From: Prochlorococcus sp. MIT 0801
GTDB lineage: Bacteria; Cyanobacteriota; Cyanobacteriia; PCC-6307; Cyanobiaceae
Direction: 5' to 3'
Assembly (NCBI RefSeq): GCF_000757865.1
Contig: NZ_CP007754.1
Location: 1,897,204-1,929,203, forward strand
DNA length: 32,000 nt
Each line of letters begins with the position of its first letter. The stretch's first letter is position 1. This document shows, in pieces, positions 19,916-28,446 of the stretch. A program made the translations under genes and the position numbers. Below the pieces are notes generated by a model. The model ran no database searches and was not told the origin of the DNA. It saw only the letters and a list, made by a program, of their open reading frames with translations.

Positions 19916-19931
19916 TTTACTAGTTTAAATT

Positions 19932-21059
19932 TTGGAAAAAAATAAAAAGCTTTTAGATAACAAAAAAGTATCATTTTTTAATAGTATTAGTAAAAATATA
20001 TTTATTTTATTTGGATTAATATCGATCACTTGTCTAGTCTCTGATTTTTATTTTAAAACGAGTAATTTAAGTATTACCTTCATAATTACAACGCTTGTAT
20101 CATTCATTATTACTTTGATAGGTATACCTAAATTAAAAAAGATTAATATTAAACAAATTATTAGAGAAGAGGGACCTAAAAATCATTTTCTTAAGCAAGG
20201 AACGCCAACAATGGGTGGTATTTTCTTTATCCCTATTGGAATAATAATAAGCAATATTTTATATTTTAATAAAGACAATTACGATATTATTTTGACATTA
20301 AGCTTTGTTATTATATTTTTTATGTTTATTGGTTTTCTAGATGATTTGCTTAGTTTAAAAAAAAGATTTAATACTGGTTTGAGCTCTGGCCAAAAAATAA
20401 TTTTACAAGCTTTTATCAGCCTCATTTTTATTATTATTTGCGCATCAAATAATTTTATACCTCAAAATATTCTAGTAGCTAATAAAATTGTGAATGTAGG
20501 TAATCTAATTTATCCTTTAGGAATATTTGTATTATTAGCTGAAAGTAATTCAACCAATCTAACAGATGGTTTAGATGGTTTATTGAGTGGCTGTAGCATA
20601 TTAATTTTTACAGGACTAGCTATTAATATCTTAATTGAAAATCCAAGTAATGATTTTACACTTGCTCCTCTCTGCATAGCAATGTCTGGAGCTTGTATGG
20701 GATTTCTTTTTCTAAACAAATATCCAGCAAAATTATTTATGGGGGATGCAGGTTCCTTAGCTATAGGAGCATCTCTTGGTGGTATAGCTTTGATATCAAA
20801 TCAACTTTGGTCTGTTTTAATTATGGGAGGAATACTTGCGGCAGAATCTATCTCAGTAATAATTCAAGTAAGTATTTTTAAAATTTCTAAGCGAATAAAA
20901 GGAAAAGGTCATAAGTTATTTTTAATGACTCCGTTACATCACCATTTTGAACTTAAAGGTAACAATGAGAGTTTAATTGTAAGTAGCTTTTGGTTAATTA
21001 CATTATTCTTAGTCATAATAAATCTAATTTTTTCATTAAATCCAAATTCTTTAAATTGA
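19932..21059 (+). CDS. mraY: phospho-N-acetylmuramoyl-pentapeptide transferase
   Basis: 375 aa and multi-TM. 'GTPTMGG', 'NLTDGLDGL', 'MGDAGSLAIGASLG' and 'HHHFE'. Forced TTG start: in-frame TAA at 19926-19928 and next Met at about residue 93. Confidence 0.93.
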   Translation: MEKNKKLLDNKKVSFFNSISKNIFILFGLISITCLVSDFYFKTSNLSITFIITTLVSFIITLIGIPKLKKINIKQIIREEGPKNHFLKQGTPTMGGIFFIPIGIIISNILYFNKDNYDIILTLSFVIIFFMFIGFLDDLLSLKKRFNTGLSSGQKIILQAFISLIFIIICASNNFIPQNILVANKIVNVGNLIYPLGIFVLLAESNSTNLTDGLDGLLSGCSILIFTGLAINILIENPSNDFTLAPLCIAMSGACMGFLFLNKYPAKLFMGDAGSLAIGASLGGIALISNQLWSVLIMGGILAAESISVIIQVSIFKISKRIKGKGHKLFLMTPLHHHFELKGNNESLIVSSFWLITLFLVIINLIFSLNPNSLN

Positions 21060-21063
21060 AAAG

Positions 21064-21303
21064 ATGACCTATTTTACTTGGAAAGAAGAAGGGTTAACTA
21101 AAGACTGTGAAACTTTAGATTCTATGGCCGCTCGATTTGAAGAATCTGCAAGACTGATGAGAAAAATGTCAGCAGAAGGTTTTAAAGTAGAAAAAAGAAA
21201 TAAACAGCTAATAATCACCCATATCGATTCAAAAATTTTTAATGATTGGGGTTTTATTAGTGAAGAGCCGCCATATCAACAACTTACAATGATATTTGAA
21301 TAA
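21064..21303 (+). CDS. hypothetical soluble protein, 79 aa
   Basis: ATG lies 4 nt after the mraY stop. Not hydrophobic, and the composition is balanced and unlike the antisense or AT-driven ORFs. No family recognised. Confidence 0.55.
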   Translation: MTYFTWKEEGLTKDCETLDSMAARFEESARLMRKMSAEGFKVEKRNKQLIITHIDSKIFNDWGFISEEPPYQQLTMIFE

Positions 21304-21372
21304 AAAATTCAATAAAATTAACTTTTTTATTTTCAAAAGGTAAATACTTACAAACCATGCCAATGATAAAAA

Positions 21373-23499
21373 TTAATGACTTTTAAAAAATCGAAAATGC
21401 TTTAAGCCATCTAAAATACCATTTTTAGCATCAGAAAAGAAAACTCTTTGCTGAGATCTCAATCCATCTAATGACGCATCATGATCAAAAGGAATAACAC
21501 TGGTTGTCAGTCCCTTGATTAACTCAGCATCACCTTGTTGACTTGCTACTATGAGAACTTTTTCTAAAGATAACCCCCACCGTAAAGCCAAGTATCTAAT
21601 AGCTTCTGATCGTGATGCTCGCAAAGGAACAACATCTAAATACCAATGACATTTTAGGTGAGGAGAAGCGGCAAGTCCAGCCTGCCTAAGTCTTTTTCGT
21701 ACTAAAGGTAAAGTCGCATCACTAGGTTCTTTTAATAAATAACTAATCTTATAGGGAGCTTGATGTTCATCTGATTGAAACTCCAAGTATTCTTTTAAAT
21801 CAAACAAAACCTTTTCTACACCTTTACGATTCCAATCAACAGTTATTGAATCTTGCCAAAAGATATCTGATTGATTTTCATCAGAATAATAAATTTCAGT
21901 CCCAGCTTGACATACCCAAACTGCAGGCTTGGGTAGTTGTGTTTCTGCATATCTATAACGAGCCGCTTTAATTGATCTTCCAGTTAAAATTCCCAATTGA
22001 ATATCCGAATTCAATGAATGATTTTTTAAATTGTCTCTCAATTTTGATAAGCATTTTGATTGCTCAAGGTAATTATCTAAATCAAGAAATATTATTTTTT
22101 GACCAATAGGAGTAGTTTCTTTAATATTTCCAACTGTCCAGTGTCGAGGTGCAAGAAATTTGAGACGCTTCTGCATCAATGCAATGTAATTACAAACATG
22201 AGCATCCCAACTAAAATGCCTGCTTACTCCCTCAACTCCATTGTTACTCCAAGTTTTCCATAAAGAAAAGTTTGAACCAGCTGTCTCTAAACCATCTCTA
22301 AACGCTTCTAAATCAGTTACGTCGACAAGTAGACCATTTTCACAACGAGAAAGAATATCCCTTGGGCCGCCATCATCAGTAGTCACCGTAGGTAAACCAG
22401 ACGCAGCAGCTTCAAGCAGTGTCAAGCCAAATGGCTCAGTTAAGGCAGGATTAACAAAGAGTCCTTTTCTATTTGCAACCCAACGATAAATTGATGGAAT
22501 TTGTTCTCTTTTATGTTGTTTTGGATAAGCAACTTTTCCATATAGATTATATTTATCCACCAATTCAAAAACTTGCTGAAATACTTCCCTTTGCTGTTTT
22601 TCAAGCTGACGAGAATCTTCGCGACAACCTAAAATTAAAATAAGATTATGTCTTTGCTGCAAAATTGAAGAACGTCCATAAGTCTCAATTAACGCAGGAA
22701 TATTTTTTCTCCTTACTGCTCTTGATATTGCTAATAGCGGTGGCAGATTTAAATCTCTGAGAAATGGTTTAAAAAGTTTGTTTAATTCTTTTTCCTCTTC
22801 GTTTAAATTAATATCTACTGAGTGAAAACGATTTAAATCAACACCAGGTGGAATTACTTCTACGTTTTTCGAGCTAAATCGCCCATAACGAGAATACTGT
22901 TCATCAGATTCCTGCTTAGTACTTGTGATAAGTAAGTTTGAATGTGCTAAAGCTAATTCCTCTGCATCAATTCTTTTGCTAATTGAGTAAGTTTGCTCTA
23001 TCTGATCATGATCAATTCCAGCAGCCAATAATCTTCTAAGTTTTTCTCGTCCCAATGAATGACCAGTAAAAACTAATGGTAATCTCAATCTTCGACTAAC
23101 CAACGCTCCTACGTAACCAGCATCAGCGTAATGAGCATGAATCCAATCAGGAAATCTATTTTCTTTCTGCAATCTTTGAACTATGTGATCAGCTAAATCA
23201 TCTAGATAAGGCCATAACAATTCCTTCCTCAAATAACGCTTAGGACCAAAAGGAATTCGAATAATTTCCGCACAATTGGATATTTTTTCAAGAGGATTTG
23301 AATAGTCAGAAGATACTCTTCTATCGTTAATTAATCTGGTAATTAGTCCAACTTTTTCAACTTCTGGTCTTGCTGCAAGTCCTTTTACTAATTCTAAAAC
23401 GTATAAAGTTTGCCCTCCAGTGTCTGAGTCTCTACCCAACTCAAGATCATGTGAACGGATTAAACCATGCAAATTTAAATGTAAAAGTCTTAATCCCAA
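21373..23499 (-). CDS. sps: sucrose-phosphate synthase, bidomain (GT-B glycosyltransferase plus C-terminal SPP-like HAD domain)
   Basis: 'LHGLIRSHDLELGRDSDTGGQTLYV' and 'NPALTEPFGLTLLEAAASGLP'. C-terminal HAD-like region from about aa 465 to 708. Forced TTG start (in-frame TAG upstream, no nearby ATG). Confidence 0.9.
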   Translation of the reverse strand: MGLRLLHLNLHGLIRSHDLELGRDSDTGGQTLYVLELVKGLAARPEVEKVGLITRLINDRRVSSDYSNPLEKISNCAEIIRIPFGPKRYLRKELLWPYLDDLADHIVQRLQKENRFPDWIHAHYADAGYVGALVSRRLRLPLVFTGHSLGREKLRRLLAAGIDHDQIEQTYSISKRIDAEELALAHSNLLITSTKQESDEQYSRYGRFSSKNVEVIPPGVDLNRFHSVDINLNEEEKELNKLFKPFLRDLNLPPLLAISRAVRRKNIPALIETYGRSSILQQRHNLILILGCREDSRQLEKQQREVFQQVFELVDKYNLYGKVAYPKQHKREQIPSIYRWVANRKGLFVNPALTEPFGLTLLEAAASGLPTVTTDDGGPRDILSRCENGLLVDVTDLEAFRDGLETAGSNFSLWKTWSNNGVEGVSRHFSWDAHVCNYIALMQKRLKFLAPRHWTVGNIKETTPIGQKIIFLDLDNYLEQSKCLSKLRDNLKNHSLNSDIQLGILTGRSIKAARYRYAETQLPKPAVWVCQAGTEIYYSDENQSDIFWQDSITVDWNRKGVEKVLFDLKEYLEFQSDEHQAPYKISYLLKEPSDATLPLVRKRLRQAGLAASPHLKCHWYLDVVPLRASRSEAIRYLALRWGLSLEKVLIVASQQGDAELIKGLTTSVIPFDHDASLDGLRSQQRVFFSDAKNGILDGLKHFRFFKSH

Positions 23500-23698
23500 G
23501 CAGAAATCCTTAAGAAAGATTGTGAATTCCTAATTGATTTTCTGCTCATTAAATCTGAAGAAAACATAAAAGTTTTTTTGAGATAAAAAATTCTTTTAAT
23601 TTTCTGTCTATCACTTGATTTTTAAACTTACATAAATTAATAGCAGCCAAGTCAATCATAAAAGTTAAGGAATATGTACAAAGCTGAAAAATTCAAAA

Positions 23699-26641
23699 TT
23701 ATCTAGGAGGGTGAGTTTCTAAAACCTTTTTTAAATAACCACCTGTATGACTATTTTTATTTGTTGCTACTTCTTCAGGAGTTCCCATGGCGATAATCTC
23801 TCCTCCACGATTACCTCCTTCAGGTCCCATGTCAATAATCCAATCTGAACACCTAATAACATCTAAATTATGCTCAATAACAATAATTGAATTCCCTTTG
23901 TCTACCAATCTCTGTATAACATCCATTAATTTATGAACATCATAAAAACTTAAGCCAGTTGTAGGTTCATCAATCAAATAAAGAGTTTTACCAGTGGCTC
24001 TTCTAGATAACTCAGTCGCAAGTTTTACTCTTTGAGCTTCTCCTCCAGATAATGTTGGAGCAGGTTGACCAAGTTTAATATATCCAAGCCCGACATCTAA
24101 AAGCGTCCTTAATCGATCTGCAGCTTGAGGTATTGCAGAAAAAACATCAACAGCTTGTTCAACCGTCATTTCTAATACATCGGAAATAGAATAGTTCTTA
24201 TATTTGACTTGTAATGTCTCTCGATTAAATCGAGCTCCTTTACAAACATCACATTGAACATAGACATCAGGAAGAAAATTCATCTCAATTACATTTACAC
24301 CTTGACCACGACAAGCCTCACATCTTCCCCCTTTAACGTTAAAACTGAATTGACCTGCTTGATATCCTCTCGCTTTAGCTTCAACAGAAGTAGCAAAAAG
24401 TTGACGTATTGGATCAAATGCACCTGTATAAGTAGCTGTATTAGATCTTGGAGTTCTACCAATTGGAGACTGATCAATAACTATAACTTTATCAATTGAT
24501 TTAATACCTTTCAGTTCTTTTAATCCTTTAGGAAAAGGAACTTTCAAACCTAGAGAGTGATTTAGAGCAGGATGAAGTAATTCATTTATCAAAGTACTTT
24601 TACCACTTCCACTAACTCCAGTAACAGCAACTAATCTGCCTAATGGAAAATCAACTGAAACATTTTTTAAATTATTTTTATTACAATCAATCAAACGTAA
24701 TTTTCTTTGAACTGAATCTCTCCTACTAGTAGGAGTAGGAATAGATGAGCGCCCGCTAAGATAATCACCAGTCAATGATTTTTTTGCTTTCAACAAACTA
24801 TCTAGAGATCCTTGAGCAATAATTTCACCTCCATGCACTCCTGCGCCAGGACCTATATCTACTAAATGATCAGCGGCTCTTATAGTATCTTCATCATGTT
24901 CAACCACCACCAAAGTATTACCTAGATCACGTAGCTTTTTTAATGTAGATAATAATCGATCATTATCTCTTTGATGTAATCCAATACTAGGTTCATCTAA
25001 CACATAAAGAACCCCAGTTAAACCAGCACCTATTTGTGTAGCAAGTCGTATTCTTTGAGCTTCCCCCCCAGATAAAGTCATTGCTGGCCTATCTAAGGTT
25101 AAATAATCAAGTCCAACATCCAACAGAAATTGAAGCCGTAATCGAATTTCTTTTAGAACTAATTCCCCAATCTTTTTTTGTTTATTAGAAAGTAATTGCT
25201 TTGAACTATTAGCTTTTTCAAGACCCATTAATTCTTCAACATTCTCAAGTGTGGTAGAAACACTTGATGAAGTGAGATCTGTTATTGCAAAAGGTCCAAG
25301 TTTTACCGCAAGCGCCTCCGGACGTAACCTCTTCCCAAGACAGCTTGCACAAGGGACTAATTCAAGATATTTTTCTAACTTTTGGCGAACAGCTTCTCCA
25401 TTTGCATCCTGTAACTGTCTTTCTAAAATAGGTAAAATGCCTTCAAAAGGTCTTTTAAATCCGGTATCTTGTTTATATCTACTGTCTACTTTTATTAAAA
25501 TAGGTTCTTTACTACCATTTAACAAAATATTTTTTTGCTCCGCTTTTAAATCTTTCCAAGGAGTTTTTATTTCAAAACCAAATGCCTCACCAACTGAAAA
25601 CAATAATGAAAAATAATATGAGTTATCTTTGTCACTCCATGGTGCGACAGCGGCATAAACCGGTAATGATGGATCAGGTATAACCCTCTCACATGTAAAT
25701 TTTTTCAAATGACCTAAACCATGACAATCGGGACAAGCTCCATATGGACTATTAAATGAAAATAATCTTGGAGATAATTCCTCAATCACCGCCCCATGGA
25801 CTGGACAAGCGAAATTCTCAGAATATAGTCTTTCTTTTTCAATACCTTGAGGCAGTTCTTCATTCTTTTTAGGAACCGCTTCGACAATTGCTAAACCATC
25901 TCCCCTTTTTAAAGTAGTGCTTAATGAATCAGTTAATCTTTCTTCAATACCCTCTCTAGCAATCAACCTATCGACCACTACTTCAATAGAATGAACTTGA
26001 TTTTTATCTAATTCAATATTATCTGCCAATTCTCTAACTTCTTTATTAATTCTTACTCGAACAAAACCTTCTGCAGCAAGTCCAGATAATAGTTTTGAGT
26101 GTGTTCCTTTTTTACCTCTAACGACTGGTGCAAGTAATTGATATCTAGTACCTTCTGGAAGAGTCTTAATTTGATCCACCATCTCATCTATACTTTGTGG
26201 CTTAATTGGCCTAGAGCACTCAGGGCAATGAGGTTCCCCCGCTCGTCCGAAAAGCAAACGAAAATAATCTTGTATCTCCGTAACCGTTCCAACTGTTGAA
26301 CGAGGGTTATGACTTGTTGATTTTTGATCAATGGAAATTGCTGGAGATAAACCTTCAATTGAATCAACATCTGGTTTATCAACCTGACCTAAGAATTGTC
26401 TTGCATAAGCAGACAAACTCTCGACATATCTTCTTTGTCCTTCAGCAAAAATAGTATCAAAAGCTAATGAACTTTTACCGCTTCCACTAACACCTGTAAA
26501 AACCACCAATTGATTTCTTGGAATAGATAAATCAACGTTTTTTAAATTGTGTTGCCTTGCACCACGAATAGTTATGAGTTCTTCACTAGAAAAACCAATA
26601 TTTGTTGTCTTTTTTTTTGAATTAGGATTTGGACTTCCCAT
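23699..26641 (-). CDS. uvrA: excinuclease ABC subunit A
   Basis: 980 aa. Two ABC ATPase modules ('GVSGSGKSSLAFDT' and 'GVSGSGKSTLINE', with two 'LSGGEAQR' signatures). Zinc-finger Cys clusters ('CPEC', 'CEACRGQG...CDVCKG'). Confidence 0.97.
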   Translation of the reverse strand: MGSPNPNSKKKTTNIGFSSEELITIRGARQHNLKNVDLSIPRNQLVVFTGVSGSGKSSLAFDTIFAEGQRRYVESLSAYARQFLGQVDKPDVDSIEGLSPAISIDQKSTSHNPRSTVGTVTEIQDYFRLLFGRAGEPHCPECSRPIKPQSIDEMVDQIKTLPEGTRYQLLAPVVRGKKGTHSKLLSGLAAEGFVRVRINKEVRELADNIELDKNQVHSIEVVVDRLIAREGIEERLTDSLSTTLKRGDGLAIVEAVPKKNEELPQGIEKERLYSENFACPVHGAVIEELSPRLFSFNSPYGACPDCHGLGHLKKFTCERVIPDPSLPVYAAVAPWSDKDNSYYFSLLFSVGEAFGFEIKTPWKDLKAEQKNILLNGSKEPILIKVDSRYKQDTGFKRPFEGILPILERQLQDANGEAVRQKLEKYLELVPCASCLGKRLRPEALAVKLGPFAITDLTSSSVSTTLENVEELMGLEKANSSKQLLSNKQKKIGELVLKEIRLRLQFLLDVGLDYLTLDRPAMTLSGGEAQRIRLATQIGAGLTGVLYVLDEPSIGLHQRDNDRLLSTLKKLRDLGNTLVVVEHDEDTIRAADHLVDIGPGAGVHGGEIIAQGSLDSLLKAKKSLTGDYLSGRSSIPTPTSRRDSVQRKLRLIDCNKNNLKNVSVDFPLGRLVAVTGVSGSGKSTLINELLHPALNHSLGLKVPFPKGLKELKGIKSIDKVIVIDQSPIGRTPRSNTATYTGAFDPIRQLFATSVEAKARGYQAGQFSFNVKGGRCEACRGQGVNVIEMNFLPDVYVQCDVCKGARFNRETLQVKYKNYSISDVLEMTVEQAVDVFSAIPQAADRLRTLLDVGLGYIKLGQPAPTLSGGEAQRVKLATELSRRATGKTLYLIDEPTTGLSFYDVHKLMDVIQRLVDKGNSIIVIEHNLDVIRCSDWIIDMGPEGGNRGGEIIAMGTPEEVATNKNSHTGGYLKKVLETHPPR

Positions 26642-26685
26642 AAGGGAAAAAATTTAATATTTAATTGTATAAAAAAATATGCTCA

Positions 26686-28371
26686 TCATGCAGCCTTATG
26701 TTCCAGCAAGCTCGCCGCATAAGCATTCGCTTCTACAATTTCACCACCAGCCAATAAAGCCAATTCCCTTTGCCTCTCAGGGATTTCCTTTAAATTAATA
26801 ACAACAGACTTTGTATGACCAGAGATAACACTCTTTTTTAAAGCAAAATGATTATCAGCAAATGCTGCAATTAATGGTTGATGAGTCACGCAAAAAACTT
26901 GCCGATGATTTGCTAATTCACGCAGCAAATTAGCCACGTAACTACTAATTGATCCACTAACGCCTGAATCAATTTCATCAAAAATCAATAAATTAGAGTC
27001 TTCAAATGTAGAAAATATTGCCTTGATTGCAAGAAGAACCCTAGATTTCTCTCCCCCGGAAGCTGTTTCTGAAAGAGATGCTAAAGGTATACCTGGATTT
27101 GCTGAAAACATAAACTTAACTTTATCGATCCCATTGATTGTTGGCTCACATTTTTCAAAGACGACTTTAAAACGAACATTAGGAATACCTAATTTTTTTA
27201 AGCTAATAATCAATTTTTCTTCAAGTTGTGAAGCAATATTTTTTCTTATAAGAGACAAATCTTTATTAGATTTGTCTCTTATGTTTCGTTTTTTATTTTC
27301 ATCAGAAGAAAGATCGTTAATGTTATTAGAACTTTCTTGCAGAGATAAAGAATTGAATAATTCATTTTTATACCGAATGAGATCTGGTATATCTCTTTGA
27401 TATTTTTTTTGATAAAGTTTGAGAGTAGATAATCTAATTTGCAAATGATTTAAAAAAGACGGGTCAACATCTAATGTTTTTTCGTAATCATTAATTTGAT
27501 AAATTAACTCGTTCAGATTATTAGTTATTGTATAAAAATAATCATAAATAGGTTTTAAAGAAGAATCAATTTGAGACAGACTCTTTAATTCATTAATACA
27601 GAAATGAGCATGGTCTAAAATAGAGGGATACTCTTCTAAGGTGTCATTTAAACGAGTTAATAATGATTTAACGCCTTCTTTTAATCTTAAAATGTTGGAT
27701 AAACGATTCTGATCAGTCTCTAACTTGATGTGTTCGTTAGGATCTTCTAATTCTAATTTATCTAGGTCTTGATATATATATTGCATTTCCTCCAACTCTT
27801 TTTTGGAATCTGTAATTCTAACTCTCGCATCCTCTAGTCTAAGATTAGAGTCATTCCATATATTCCAATTTTGCTTTACTTCAGTAATCGATTCCTTAAT
27901 TTTATTTAGACCTAAAGAATCTAATAAACTTAATTGATGCAATGAATCATTTAAAATATAGGTATCACCTTGTAGAGTAAAATCTAGCAAAAGTGATCTC
28001 AATTCTGATATTTGATCTCTATTAACTATTACACCATTAATTCTAAATCTAGATTTATATTTATTTTCTTTTAAACGCCATTCCCTTGTCACAATCAATT
28101 CTTCATCAATATCAAATTCTTGATCAATTAGCCACTCTTTTGTTTGTTGGAGTATGGAAAAAACACCCTCAATTGATGAAAAGAGAGAACCTTCGGCAAC
28201 TAATCGATTATCTAGAGGAGTTTTTTTATTAGCTAATAAAGCATTTAAAGTATCAATAAATATTGATTTACCTGAACCAGTTTGCCCTGTAAAAGCAGTA
28301 AACCCCTTAGCAAAGTCAATCTCGGTATTGCCAAATAGAGCTATATTTTGAAAGCGAAGACTGTTTAACAT
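26686..28371 (-). CDS. recN: DNA repair protein RecN
   Basis: 561 aa. Walker A 'GQTGSGKS', a long coiled-coil middle region, an SMC-type signature 'ASGGEKSR' and Walker B 'LLIFDEIDSGVSG'. Confidence 0.93.
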   Translation of the reverse strand: MLNSLRFQNIALFGNTEIDFAKGFTAFTGQTGSGKSIFIDTLNALLANKKTPLDNRLVAEGSLFSSIEGVFSILQQTKEWLIDQEFDIDEELIVTREWRLKENKYKSRFRINGVIVNRDQISELRSLLLDFTLQGDTYILNDSLHQLSLLDSLGLNKIKESITEVKQNWNIWNDSNLRLEDARVRITDSKKELEEMQYIYQDLDKLELEDPNEHIKLETDQNRLSNILRLKEGVKSLLTRLNDTLEEYPSILDHAHFCINELKSLSQIDSSLKPIYDYFYTITNNLNELIYQINDYEKTLDVDPSFLNHLQIRLSTLKLYQKKYQRDIPDLIRYKNELFNSLSLQESSNNINDLSSDENKKRNIRDKSNKDLSLIRKNIASQLEEKLIISLKKLGIPNVRFKVVFEKCEPTINGIDKVKFMFSANPGIPLASLSETASGGEKSRVLLAIKAIFSTFEDSNLLIFDEIDSGVSGSISSYVANLLRELANHRQVFCVTHQPLIAAFADNHFALKKSVISGHTKSVVINLKEIPERQRELALLAGGEIVEANAYAASLLEHKAA

Positions 28372-28446
28372 AAATCAAAGCAACCAAAAAGACACAAACT
28401 GAGCGTAAAATGAATTAGAAGAGACGTAGAACATTGCCATACTAAA

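Noticed and set aside
23549-23659. A 36-aa minus-strand ORF (MIDLAAINLCKF...) in the uvrA-sps spacer.
   Set aside because: It is short, Lys/Phe/Leu/Ile-rich as expected from AT-rich sequence, and has no SD and no motif. Conservation cannot be assessed here.
23675-23680. TGTACA near the uvrA stop as a possible LexA half-site.
   Set aside because: The partner half-site 8 nt upstream (AAGGAATA) does not match AGTAC. The location is downstream of uvrA and far from the sps start.
26610-26618. Homopolymer A9/T9 tracts in the 5' coding regions of uvrA (26610-26618) and thrC (30938-30946) as possible slippage or phase-variation switches.
   Set aside because: They encode ordinary Lys runs. Tracts of 8-9 nt recur throughout this AT-rich window, for example at 12796-12803. 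Essential housekeeping genes are unlikely contingency loci.
28405-28418. NtcA-like sites: GTA-N8-TAG in the recN/ABC1 spacer and GTA-N8-AAA at 6516-6529 upstream of acnB.
   Set aside because: The invariant TAC half-site is missing in both. No properly spaced -10 follows.
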